From: Octopus bimaculoides
Lineage: Eukaryota
Assembly (NCBI RefSeq): GCF_001194135.2
Contig: NC_068986.1
Coordinates: 65,257,232-65,291,838, forward strand
DNA length: 34,607 nucleotides
Direction: 5' to 3'
Shown: positions 22,791 through 34,607 of the stretch, piece by piece
Position numbering within the stretch: position 1 is the stretch's first letter
Layout of the letters: every line of letters begins with the position of its first letter
Program-made: the position numbers and the translations under genes
The notes under the pieces: generated by a model
Database searches by the model: none
The model's input: the letters and a program-made list of their open reading frames with translations, nothing else
Told to the model about the DNA's origin: nothing

Positions 22791-24053
22791 GTATGTATAT
22801 GTATGTATGTATGTACAACGGTTAAACATAGATACAGTATGACTTCAGGGTTTTGGCTGCACGTCACGTCTGACAGTAAGAAGAATTTGTGGTTTGAAGG
22901 TGTATATATGAGGTATTTTGGGAAGTGGGAGGAGTTAAACCGAGAGGAATTTTGATGAAGTCAGAGTGGGTTGTACAAGGGAAAATTAATAAGGATAGAT
23001 TATAACACGTTAAATTAAAATGTATTCAAAACAGAAAAAAATACATTAAAATTGTTATAAAAGATAGCAAACAAGACTAATGAACTGAATGCGTATATAT
23101 ATATAGACGAGACGAATGTATACACGCAAATATACAGGTATACATAGACATTTACATATATGTATGTGTGTGTGTGTGTGTGGGGGGGGGNNNNNNNNNN
23201 NNNNNNNNNNNNNNNNNNNNNNNNNNNNNNNNNNNNNNNNNNNNNNNNNNNNNNNNNNNNNNNNNNNNNNNNNNNNNNNNNNNNNNNNNNNNNNNNNNNN
23301 NNNNNNNNNNNNNNNNNNNNNNNNNNNNNNNNNNNNNNNNNNNNNNNNNNNNNNNNNNNNNNNNNNNNNNNNNNNNNNNNNNNNNNNNNNNNNNNNNNNN
23401 NNNNNNNNNNNNNNNNNNNNNNNNNNNNNNNNNNNNNNNNNNNNNNNNNNNNNNNNNNNNNNNNNNNNNNNNNNNNNNNNNNNNNNNNNNNNNNNNNNNN
23501 NNNNNNNNNNNNNNNNNNNNNNNNNNNNNNNNNNNNNNNNNNNNNNNNNNNNNNNNNNNNNNNNNNNNNNNNNNNNNNNNNNNNNNNNNNNNNNNNNNNN
23601 NNNNNNNNNNNNNNNNNNNNNNNNNNNNNNNNNNNNNNNNNNNNNNNNNNNNNNNNNNNNNNNNNNNNNNNNNNNNNNNNNNNNNNNNNNNNNNNNNNNN
23701 NNNNNNNNNNNNNNNNNNNNNNNNNNNNNNNNNNNNNNNNNNNNNNNNNNNNNNNNNNNNNNNNNNNNNNNNNNNNNNNNNNNNNNNNNNNNNNNNNNNN
23801 NNNNNNNNNNNNNNNNNNNNNNNNNNNNNNNNNNNNNNNNNNNNNNNNNNNNNNNNNNNNNNNNNNNNNNNNNNNNNNNNNNNNNNNNNNNNNNNNNNNN
23901 NNNNNNNNNNNNNNNNNNNNNNNNNNNNNNNNNNNNNNNNNNNNNNNNNNNNNNNNNNNNNNNNNNNNNNNNNNNNNNNNNNNNNNNNNNNNNNNNNNNN
24001 NNNNNNNNNNNNNNNNNNNNNNNNNNNNNNNNNNNNNNNNNNNNNNNNNNNNN

Positions 24054-24107
<54 letters not shown>

Positions 24108-24718
24108 AGCATGTATATTTATGTATTTACATATGTATGTATGAGTGCGTATGCATATATTTGTGTGTGTGCGTGTGTGTGTATATACATGTGTTATATA
24201 TATGTATCAGAAATTATTTTTTGACCCAATATTTACATGCTGCCATTTATAACTTTACATATGTGCTTCGAGATATGCAATTCCAAAGAATTATTTCACA
24301 TTCTCTCAAAACTTTATAAATTTCTTATGACGTCAACATTATGTATATTAAACTTTTATACACATATGTATATATATATTCATATAAACACACACATGCA
24401 TATATTCATGCTTATATATATAGCCGAAGACACTTTGCTCGAGGTGTTGTACTGTGTGTTCGAATATGTCCGACATTGCTATTTAAGGAACCACGCAGCC
24501 ATGACGCTACTCACATACTACGTGATCAAGTGCATATGCACTTAGATACACATTTAACATCCTTGATATAAAAAAGGGCGTAGAGTTTATAACATTTCAA
24601 ACGCTCCTTATTTTAGTTTCTTGTAACCATGGTTACAGATAACAGCGTGGAGAAGACAGCATATTGAAATATATATCAGTCAACATGAAGCATTCGTTGG
24701 TGTTCCATTTTACCTCCA

Positions 24719-24875
24719 TTTAAGCCCCTATCAACCAGACATGTTACAGAAAGGCATTCCAGCCGTGGCTGTCTCCTCATTTATTCAGATATTGACCATC
24801 GATGGTTGCATTATCTAAATTGTCTTAATTGTCTTTGAAAAGAATAGAGTACAATTTGAGGAAAACTATGCCACC
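24719..24875 (-). mobile_element. Repeat family D copy
   Basis: ttaagcccctatcaaccagac ... aaaggcattccagccgtgg ... caatttgagg. Confidence 0.6.
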
Positions 24876-25278
24876 TCTACCGTAAGGATGTTGAAACAGT
24901 TGTAGATTTCCTTGCAAACNNNNNNNNNNTAGTAGTAGTAGTAGTAGTAGTAGTAGTAGCAGTAGTAGTAGTAGTAAAAGAACAATGCATCTATACAAGC
25001 AAAGCATATATACACATGGAAGGTTTGGAGGGGAAGAGAAAGTTTGAAGAGAACATAGATATAATGCTATACTGTTATGAGCAATTAATATATTTGTGGA
25101 AACTCCAGCGACTCTCGATAGACGGAGAAGGAAGCAGAATATATTTAACATTTTTGACATTGACTCATATTCGCTGGTGAGTGTAAACATGCATATATTA
25201 CATTCATATGTATACAAGTACACATACATGCATGCATAGAATGTGCACTTACCTATTTACCTAAGCAAATAACTGCAA

Positions 25279-25327
<49 letters not shown>

Positions 25328-26020
25328 TATAGCTATATTCATCTACCCAATAAGTATATTGACTATATTTCTATATTTGATTGACCAGAAAGTTTAACCT
25401 TGAGTGACCAGGATGTAGAAACATATCATGTGAGACTCTTGATAGAAACATACATACAAACAGATATATGCATATAGAGAGATATATACATATATACATT
25501 TATATGCATATGCATTTATAATTGTAATTATGTATTAACATAACATACACATTCAAACATTTAGTTGCACATATAAGTAAATACGCTTTTATATGAACCT
25601 ATATATATATATANNNNNNNNNNNNNNNNNNNNNNNNNNNNNNNNNNNNNNNNNNNNNNNNNNNNNNNNNNNNNNNNNNNNNNNNNNNNNNNNNNNNNNN
25701 NNNNNNNNNNNNNNNNNNNNNNNNNNNNNNNNNNNNNNNNNNNNNNNNNNNNNNNNNNNNNNNNNNNNNNNNNNNNNNNNNNNNNNNNNNNNNNNNNNNN
25801 NNNNNNNNNNNNNNNNNNNNNNNNNNNNNNNNNNNNNNNNNNNNNNNNNNNNNNNNNNNNNNNNNNNNNNNNNNNNNNNNNNNNNNNNNNNNNNNNNNNN
25901 NNNNNNNNNNNNNNNNNNNNNNNNNNNNNNNNNNNNNNNNNNNNNNNNNNNNNNNNNNNNNNNNNNNNNNNNNNNNNNNNNNNNNNNNNNNNNNNNNNNN
26001 NNNNNNNNNNNNNNNNNNNN

Positions 26021-26054
<34 letters not shown>

Positions 26055-26149
26055 GCTCATGTAATAAGTTATTTCCGGATATCAAATATCAAACTGCTGT
26101 TTTTATTTGATTACAATTGCTGAGAATACATTTCAACTGAAACATCTTT

Positions 26150-26622
26150 CATCTTTTAATTGTCTTAATCATTAGAGTGGAGCGATGCTGGGGAACCGGT
26201 CTGAAGAAATTTATTTGAGCGAATTGAAATGAGCACTTATTTTTTAAATTTGGTATTTATTCTTTCGGCCTCTTTAAAAGAACTGCTACATTACCGGGAC
26301 GAAAACATACTGCCACCGGCTTTCTAGCAGCGCTGAAGACACACACACACAAACACACACGTATATATATATGTATATATATAGCGGAGAATTCACAAGA
26401 AAATAACAAAAGACGAAGATAAGTGATGTAGACAAAAAACAGATGTATTAGTTTAACACTCGGGCAGTGAAAAAGTCTTTAACGTTGCACTCATGAGGCT
26501 TTGATCGAGTCAGAAGTTATAGCGGAGAACAGAGGCTCAAGTTGTCACGCAGCGGAACTGAACTCGACCCTGAATCCACTGGTTGGGAGAAAACGTCATA
26601 TCACATAGTCATGCCTGCGCCT
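26150..26622 (-). mobile_element. Degenerate SINE family A with internal insert
   Basis: Tail-like 26150-26345, then a microsatellite and unrelated sequence at about 26383-26520, then head-like 26540-26622 ending gcctgcgcct. Confidence 0.7.
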
Positions 26623-27627
26623 CTGTACGCACAATTTTTTGCATACTGAAATTAAGACATGAAGAAGGTTGCGAAACGGCCGTAAGCATATGGAAGTCAG
26701 ATGGTTAGATAGATAGTCACCTCTCATATCTACTGACGATATGCTCACATACACACATACACACACACACATACATACATATTTACATATACACATAATA
26801 CAATACGATATTATAACGATAAATTGATATTATAATATATTAAATACGTTATAGTATAAGTGGCTCAAGCAATTACAGACTGAAAATGTAGAATACATAA
26901 CTAAAGGTGCAAAAAACAACTACAATTGCTAGAAATAAGAGCTAAAATAATAATTCGAATAGCCACACAAAATCACCAATCTCATGATAAGTTCAAAGGA
27001 TATATTATGTATGTATACATATATAAAATAAGAAAATAGAAAGAAATGAATTTCCTATACAGAACAAATGTTAACACCCATTAAATAGAGCTAAGAGAAT
27101 ATACATTCACACACACACACACACACACGCACACACACACACACACAAACACACATATATATATATATATNNNNNNNNNNNNNNNNNNNNNNNNNNNNNN
27201 NNNNNNNNNNNNNNNNNNNNNNNNNNNNNNNNNNNNNNNNNNNNNNNNNNNNNNNNNNNNNNNNNNNNNNNNNNNNNNNNNNNNNNNNNNNNNNNNNNNN
27301 NNNNNNNNNNNNNNNNNNNNNNNNNNNNNNNNNNNNNNNNNNNNNNNNNNNNNNNNNNNNNNNNNNNNNNNNNNNNNNNNNNNNNNNNNNNNNNNNNNNN
27401 NNNNNNNNNNNNNNNNNNNNNNNNNNNNNNNNNNNNNNNNNNNNNNNNNNNNNNNNNNNNNNNNNNNNNNNNNNNNNNNNNNNNNNNNNNNNNNNNNNNN
27501 NNNNNNNNNNNNNNNNNNNNNNNNNNNNNNNNNNNNNNNNNNNNNNNNNNNNNNNNNNNNNNNNNNNNNNNNNNNNNNNNNNNNNNNNNNNNNNNNNNNN
27601 NNNNNNNNNNNNNNNGTCCCGCACTTT

Positions 27628-27689
<62 letters not shown>
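27628..27689. repeat. (TATC)n microsatellite
   Basis: Directly visible. A second (TATC)n lies at 28572-28636. Confidence 0.95.
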
Positions 27690-27937
27690 CTGTATATATC
27701 TATACATATAAGCTCATACGCGCACGCACACACACACACACACACACGCACACACACGGACACAGGCACGTGCGCACTTACTGACACTCAAGTACTGCAA
27801 TAAGCATTATCGTGCAGTAGGCAGCACATCCATAACCTACACATACGTGCGTTTTATAGATGTCCTGAATACTTCCAGTTGTATGAATTTCATTTCCGAA
27901 TCACACACCTGTTCTCCCTTACACACGCACACGCACA

Positions 27938-27993
<56 letters not shown>

Positions 27994-28570
27994 AACATAT
28001 AGACGCACATACACACACAAGTTAAGTTATATATATACATATACATATATGTATATAAATATGTATGTATTTGTAAGTAGTATACTTATTGTTTTCTAAC
28101 GCTATTTCAAAACTAATTGAATATTTCTGGGAACATATGTAATTTGGTTGCAAGTTGTCGTCCGTTATAGATGCATTATCTCACCTAATATTTTTTTGCT
28201 TTTGTTTTTAATTAATCCAGTATATAAACCAAATATATCGGTTTATATATATACATACAAATTTAATAATACTTGGATTGGAGAAGAGAAGTGAAATTAA
28301 GAAATATTCAACTTGGTGTCAGGCAATAAAGGACACCTACACATACATACATACATACTGAAAGAATTATAAAACAGTAGAAGAAGAGTAACTGACAGAC
28401 TAATGAAAATTAGTATATATTTCACCATTTTGTATAGCTCTAAAAAGATTGATAAAGTCAAATTATAATTATTCCACGTGCGTCATATTTCCTAATATTA
28501 CCCATTTTGGCAAAAGAATACTTCCAAAGTTATCTCTTTACATGATGGGTAATGCCCTAGTGTATATAGC

Positions 28571-28638
<68 letters not shown>

Positions 28639-29202
28639 ATATATACATATACATATATATANNNNNNNNNNNNNNNNNNNNNNNNNNNNNNNNNNNNNNN
28701 NNNNNNNNNNNNNNNNNNNNNNNNNNNNNNNNNNNNNNNNNNNNNNNNNNNNNNNNNNNNNNNNNNNNNNNNNNNNNNNNNNNNNNNNNNNNNNNNNNNN
28801 NNNNNNNNNNNNNNNNNNNNNNNNNNNNNNNNNNNNNNNNNNNNNNNNNNNNNNNNNNNNNNNNNNNNNNNNNNNNNNNNNNNNNNNNNNNNNNNNNNNN
28901 NNNNNNNNNNNNNNNNNNNNNNNNNNNNNNNNNNNNNNNNNNNNNNNNNNNNNNNNNNNNNNNNNNNNNNNNNNNNNNNNNNNNNNNNNNNNNNNNNNNN
29001 NNNNNNNNNNNNNNNNNNNNNNNNNNNNNNNNNNNNNNNNNNNNNNNNNNNNNNNNNNNNNNNNNNNNNNNNNNNNNNNNNNNNNNNNNNNNNNNNNNNN
29101 NNNNNNNNNNNNNNNNNNNNNNNNNNNNNNNNNNNNNNNNNNNNNNNNNNNNNNNNNNNNNNNNNNNNNNNNNNNNNNNNNNNNNNNNNNNNNNNNNNNN
29201 NN

Positions 29203-29238
<36 letters not shown>

Positions 29239-29412
29239 ACATACATGTATATATTAGTAAATATTTTTTAATATGTTATTCCAAATATATTCATTAGATT
29301 ATTGTATTACTGCTGTACCATCTATAAGTTGTTAGTACCTTTCTTATTTCTTACCATTCCTCATACCATACTATTACTTTTCTAATTGTGATTGCCTTAT
29401 AAGTCAGGCCCG

Positions 29413-29603
29413 GCAGAATATTGTATTTAAGCCTTGCAAATTTACACCACTTCATTTTCTGAGCTCAAATCCCTTCAGGATCAATTTTGTCAGCCATTCT
29501 CTTGAGGTTAATTGATTAAAAACAAGTCAATTATTAGATATGATTTAACTGACTATAACTTTGTATAAATTTAGTAGACCTTGCACTTTATGTTAGAAAT
29601 TAT
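29413..29603 (+). mobile_element. Highly degenerate SINE family B
   Basis: gcagaat ... ttctgagctcaaatccc ... gaccttgcac ... ttagaaattatt; motif order matches the B copies. Confidence 0.5.
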
Positions 29604-30364
29604 TAGCTTCCATTTGTAGTGTCTTGTGCATATAAGCTTAGTTACCTCTGCATGCACTTTTATGTTTATACTAATTCTAATCTATCTGCATACGCACACA
29701 CACGTACAGACATGCGCACACATGCACACACATGCACACACACTCACACACACGTGCATACACAAACATATATACGCACATATGTGTGTGGGTGTGTGCG
29801 TATGGGCATCCATATATGCAGGTAACTGAATTCATCTAATGAACTAGTGCGTTAAGGTTATTTGGTTGACCACCGAATTTAACCTTGTGTGACCACGTTG
29901 TAGGAAATATATAATTCGAAGTTTGTAAGTGCCGCCTTATTTTGGATTTTATATATATATAGAACACAATAAATTTCTTTGTAAATGATTAGCCTGGGCA
30001 AATGTCAGACGCAGCATATAGCTACAAGTTTTGAGAGATATTCATTACTAAAATTTGAAATACACATGGGCTATAAATTAAAATTTATTCTTGTGTAAAA
30101 ATAGAATAAATAGATGAATATGTTGCAAAAACTTAAGTAGAATGATATTTAAGCAAAAATAAGAGTACCGTGCGATTTTAGTGTTAGGAAGTTTCAAGTT
30201 TTCATCGATTGAGACCTATAATTAAAAGTGAATTTAGTTTCGGTAAAAGAGCTATGTTGTTTAGGAAATGTAAATAGTCAGCAAAAGGAAAAAAGGTAGT
30301 TTACATATATTCACGTTACTTGCCAGAAATACCGCAAAAAATAGGTCTCGTGTCATTCTCTTAC

Positions 30365-30620
30365 ATCATAAAGAAAAAGTATAATGAAAAGAAAACTAGC
30401 ATATTGGACATGGCGGCCAATATGCAATATGCCAGGAAATGATTGACAAGATAGGGCCAAATAGGGCACACTAGATCATGGGTGTGCTTCATGAAGGTTG
30501 TCCCTAGAATGAACAAGAAGAATGCAAACAACATCAAAAAGAACAGCAGAAGAAACACAAGCAAGCAACGGAAACGTTTCGATGTATCAGCACTATCAAA
30601 TATTACTAAAGACAATAAAA
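30365..30620 (-). CDS. Putative internal coding exon of a multi-pass membrane protein
   Basis: Acceptor ttcctttcatatttgtacAG and donor AT|GTAAGA bracket a stop-free frame: LLSLVIFDSADTSKRFRCLLVFLLLFFLMLFAFFLFILGTTFMKHTHDLVCPIWPYLVNHFLAYCILAAMSNMLVFFSLYFFFM. Phase 1 in, phase 2 out. The sequence is not a tandem repeat. Confidence 0.5.
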
Positions 30621-30783
30621 CTGTACAAATATGAAAGGAATAGTAATTAGAGTGGTGGTCATATTGGCTTCACAAACATGAATATCGAAATTATGTTTAT
30701 ATAATATACATACATATATGCGTGTGTGTGTGTGTGTGTGTGTGCTTGTGTGCGTGTGTATATATACATACATATATATGTAC

Positions 30784-30833
<50 letters not shown>

Positions 30834-31483
30834 NNNNNNNNNNNNNNNNNNNNNNNNNNNNNNNNNNNNNNNNNNNNNNNNNNNNNNNNNNNNNNNNNNN
30901 NNNNNNNNNNNNNNNNNNNNNNNNNNNNNNNNNNNNNNNNNNNNNNNNNNNNNNNNNNNNNNNNNNNNNNNNNNNNNNNNNNNNNNNNNNNNNNNNNNNN
31001 NNNNNNNNNNNNNNNNNNNNNNNNNNNNNNNNNNNNNNNNNNNNNNNNNNNNNNNNNNNNNNNNNNNNNNNNNNNNNNNNNNNNNNNNNNNNNNNNNNNN
31101 NNNNNNNNNNNNNNNNNNNNNNNNNNNNNNNNNNNNNNNNNNNNNNNNNNNNNNNNNNNNNNNNNNNNNNNNNNNNNNNNNNNNNNNNNNNNNNNNNNNN
31201 NNNNNNNNNNNNNNNNNNNNNNNNNNNNNNNNNNNNNNNNNNNNNNNNNNNNNNNNNNNNNNNNNNNNNNNNNNNNNNNNNNNNNNNNNNNNNNNNNNNN
31301 NNNNNNNNNNNNNNNNNNNNNNNNNNNNNATATATATATATACATATATACATATATACATATATACATATATGCATATATGTAAACAGAGTGCGGTGGA
31401 TAGATTGTTGCCATTTTATATAGTTTTATATCTGGCATGTGCAATCTTTGTTTTTGATTTTGTCGACAACACAGTATAGTAGG

Positions 31484-31990
31484 GTCAGTTGAGCACAGTC
31501 TTTCAGAAAAACAGCACCATGTCCCAAATCACTCTGCCAGAAATTCGGAAACGACATGCTGTACTAATTGGCGTTCATGCCCAAAGCTTCAATACGAACA
31601 TTTCAGAGTGTTGTGTGTTTAATCTGAATCAGCAAAACATGTACCCACCTGTCAACATCATGGTATTTGGCGTGATCACTAGTGATAGCGACGTTATGCC
31701 TCCTATCATCTTCCCACACAATCTCAGACTCAACACGGAAACCTATCTCTCGCAACAAGTCTCTGCACCATGCTATGCAAGCAGGAGAACCCAGTTATGG
31801 CTGTCAGACAATTTCTGTGACCACATCACCGCTAATGTCTGGCCATCTAACCCCTCAGACTGCAACCCACTTGATTATTATGTGTGGGGAGCAGTTGAGC
31901 GAGACGAACAGAACTCCTTGTAACACGAAAGATGAAGTGAATGCAAGGACCATGGCAGCATTCAACAACTTAAACGAGCAGACTGTCCAT
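31484..31990 (+). mobile_element. DD37D (maT-type) Tc1/mariner transposase deletion relic
   Basis: Reads VNIMVFGVITSDSDVMPPIIFP, then QQ(V)SAPCYASRRTQLWLSDNFCDHITANVWPSNPSDCNPLDYYVWG, with 37 residues between the 2nd and 3rd catalytic positions (2nd D changed to V). After a frameshift it continues ETNRTPCNTKDEVNARTMAAF. Confidence 0.9.
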
Positions 31991-32859
31991 ATGTATATAT
32001 GGATATATATATATTATACACACACACACACACACAAATATATATATATGATCTTTAACACAACCTTTAGGTCTGCTACACCTCCATTATTTGAAACCTC
32101 TGATGTGTGGCATTTAGTGAATAAGGCAGGTTGATATGCACAAATATTTATCAATCTCTCGCTCTCTCTATTTATCTATCTATGTATGCATATATATGTA
32201 TACATATACATATATNNNNNNNNNNNNNNNNNNNNNNNNNNNNNNNNNNNNNNNNNNNNNNNNNNNNNNNNNNNNNNNNNNNNNNNNNNNNNNNNNNNNN
32301 NNNNNNNNNNNNNNNTATATGTGTGTGTGTGTGTGTGTGCGTGTGTGTTGAAGCCCATTCCTGCTAGGCTGATTTAGCGTCTTTCATCTTCCCTGGGTGT
32401 TTCTCTTCTAATTTACTAAAGGTATTCTAAGGTTTCGTAAGACTACAGTATTACCATAGTACAGGCTTACGTGTACTACTCATATACATACATATATACA
32501 TATATATAAATATATATATTTATACATATGCATATAATGTATATAATATATATATATATATAATGATATACATATATGCGTACATACATGCACATATATA
32601 TATATGTGTGTCTGTGCCTGTGTGTGTGTCACAGACCATAAAGGTTGAGTTGTAAGTGAATATATTTTAAGAATGAGTCTTATACATATGCTTGCTAGTG
32701 CACATCTGTGGATATTCTTCCTTAAAATTCGTATACATGAAGATATTAACTCACTCACACATACTGGTACATATACATATTTACACATAAGATTTCTTAC
32801 ATACACAAAAGGCCACACCTTTTGAAGGAGGAGTTTAAACTTCTAGCATAGATTGTAAT

Positions 32860-32965
32860 CGCTCTCTGGCACTTAATTATATCAGTCCCCATCGAATGAA
32901 AGGAAAATGGCTTGCGGAGTGATTTGAACACGAAATTGAAAGGAAAGTACATAAATAGGGGAAGG
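32860..32965 (-). mobile_element. Degenerate SINE family B fragment
   Basis: ctggcacttaattatatc..cccc.tcgaatgaaagg ... gatttgaacac. Confidence 0.5.
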
Positions 32966-33568
32966 TATTTCCTCTATCGCTCTAATGGTTGAATCTAATA
33001 TACTGCCATTTTACACACGCGTGCGCGCGCACACACACAGGCACGGTCACACACACTCATAGACATACACACACATGAACACGAACATGCACAAACACAC
33101 ACCTGCATACAAATATTTCCCATGTACAGATACCTAGATTTTATCAATCTATCGTATCATGCACACATGTTTGCATGTGCTTATATATATAATAATAATA
33201 AAAGGGTAAAATTAATTAATCAATTAATTAATTAATAAATAATAATTNNNNNNNNNNNNNNNNNNNNNNNNNNNNNNNNNNNNNNNNNNNNNNNNNNNNN
33301 NNNNNNNNNNNNNNNNNNNNNNNNNNNNNNNNNNNNNNNNNNNNNNNNNNNNNNNNNNNNNNNNNNNNNNNNNNNNNNNNNNNNNNNNNNNNNNNNNNNN
33401 NNNNNNNNNNNNNNNNNNNNNNNNNNNNNNNNNNNNNNNNNNNNNNNNNNNNNNNNNNNNNNNNNNNNNNNNNNNNNNNNNNNNNNNNNNNNNNNNNNNN
33501 NNNNNNNNNNNNNNNNNNNNNNNNNNNNNNNNNNNNNNNNCACACACATACACACATATATACACATA

Positions 33569-33724
33569 TACGACGGGCTTCTTTCAGTTTCCGTCTACCA
33601 AATCCACTCACAAGGCATTGGTCGGCCCGAGGCTATAGTAGAAGGCACTTGCCCAAGATGCCACGCAGTGGGACTGAACCCGGGACCATGTGGTTGGTAA
33701 GCAAGCTACTTACCACACAGCCAC
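33569..33724 (-). mobile_element. SINE family A, well-preserved tRNA-like head
   Basis: The reverse complement has TGGCTGTGTGG (box-A-like), GGTTCAGTCCC (box-B-like), cttgggcaagt core and ggaaactgaaagaagcccgtcg. It then enters a microsatellite and a gap. Confidence 0.92.
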
Positions 33725-34055
33725 TATATCTATCTATCTATATATATTAGTATGTATATGTATGCATGTATATATATATGTGTGTGTATATTTGTGTGTG
33801 TGTATTTGTAGGAAGTGAGGGTGGCACTGGATGGGTGCCGCACAATTCCTTGCATAAACGTGGAAGGAAAATAGCGGAACACAGCTATATTATATATACG
33901 TATTATATATGTATTATATTTTGTAAATTATATATATATCTATACACGAATATGCATATTATACATATTGAATATATGTATATATATAGTTACACTGTAT
34001 AGACACTCTGACACAAAAAGAGATGTATGGATACGCTTTTATATTTGTTATATCT

Positions 34056-34252
34056 AAGGCAGCGAGCTGACGGGATCGTTAGCACACTGGACAAAATTCA
34101 CGTCTTTAGATTCTGAATTCAAATTCTGTCGAGATCGCCCGCTTTTCATCCTTTCGGGGCCGATAAAATAATTACAAGTTGAACACTGGGGACAATGTAT
34201 TCGACTTAACTCTTTATCCAAAATTGCTGGTTTGTGTCAATATTTCAAGCCA
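34056..34252 (+). mobile_element. SINE family B
   Basis: aaggcagcgagctg ... gaattcaaattc ... catcctttcggggccgataaaataa, matching 7756-7972. Confidence 0.9.
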
Positions 34253-34607
34253 ATGTTTATTACATCTCAATCTGGAAACGGATGTTGAATAAATATTTGT
34301 ATTTTAATGAAAGCACAGTTTTACAATCAATATTGTACTCAAATGAGAGACCTTGCAATATAGGGTCATCCAGTGTAAGTCGATCCCGTAACTATTTGGT
34401 TCACGCCTCTATGTATTTCCTATTACACATTCATGTAATTAGCAATGAATTTCATATAATTTTCAATGAAATCTAAATATATTATCCGAAAATGATCTAA
34501 AGAAAGAGATGAATATCATTACATCTTAATACATCGTAGTTGTATTAACTAACCCAGATCTAGCTGATTTAAAGTCCCAAAACGAATTTAAGCAAACTGA
34601 GTACCAT

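Larger units (their letters stand above)
4033..33540. other. 15 assembly gaps (N runs) within this span
   Basis: 4033-4981, 9871-10572, 12703-13142, 14346-14905, 16970-17113, 17834-18300, 20441-20656, 23191-24053, 24920-24929, 25614-26020, 27171-27615, 28662-29202, 30834-31329, 32216-32315, 33248-33540. Confidence 1.

Noticed and set aside
25015-25176. Plus-strand short ORF ending at a G|GTGAGT donor
   Set aside because: No acceptor with a pyrimidine tract and no recognisable peptide.
33569-33724. tRNA gene
   Set aside because: Box A/B motifs are present, but the sequence continues into a multi-copy SINE body; it is a SINE head.

Overview
Eukaryotic, AT-rich, repeat-dominated intronic/intergenic DNA from a fragmented draft assembly. 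There are 15 N-gaps totalling about 6.6 kb, most flanked by microsatellites. The SINE families and microsatellite load look like an octopus (coleoid cephalopod) genome; this is recognition from memory, not a database result. No complete gene, rRNA, tRNA or CRISPR is visible, and almost all listed ORFs are microsatellite or N-run artefacts. Mobile content supported by the sequence: (1) three tRNA-headed SINE families (here A, B, C); (2) about 13 copies of a further short repeat (family D) that typically ends in an (AAC)n-like tail; (3) a decayed LINE reverse-transcriptase region (8.4-9.4 kb) plus a separate LINE 3' fragment; (4) three Tc1/mariner-superfamily relics, namely a mariner transposase fragment, a TA-flanked MITE with TIRs, and a DD37D/maT deletion derivative. 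Candidate host-gene signals: a minus-strand exon encoding multi-pass membrane segments (30365-30620), a non-coding minus-strand exon bracketed by inverted SINEs (6633-6927), and a CpG-dense promoter-like patch near 12.1 kb. I found no convincing novel system; the findings are testable hypotheses of modest interest.
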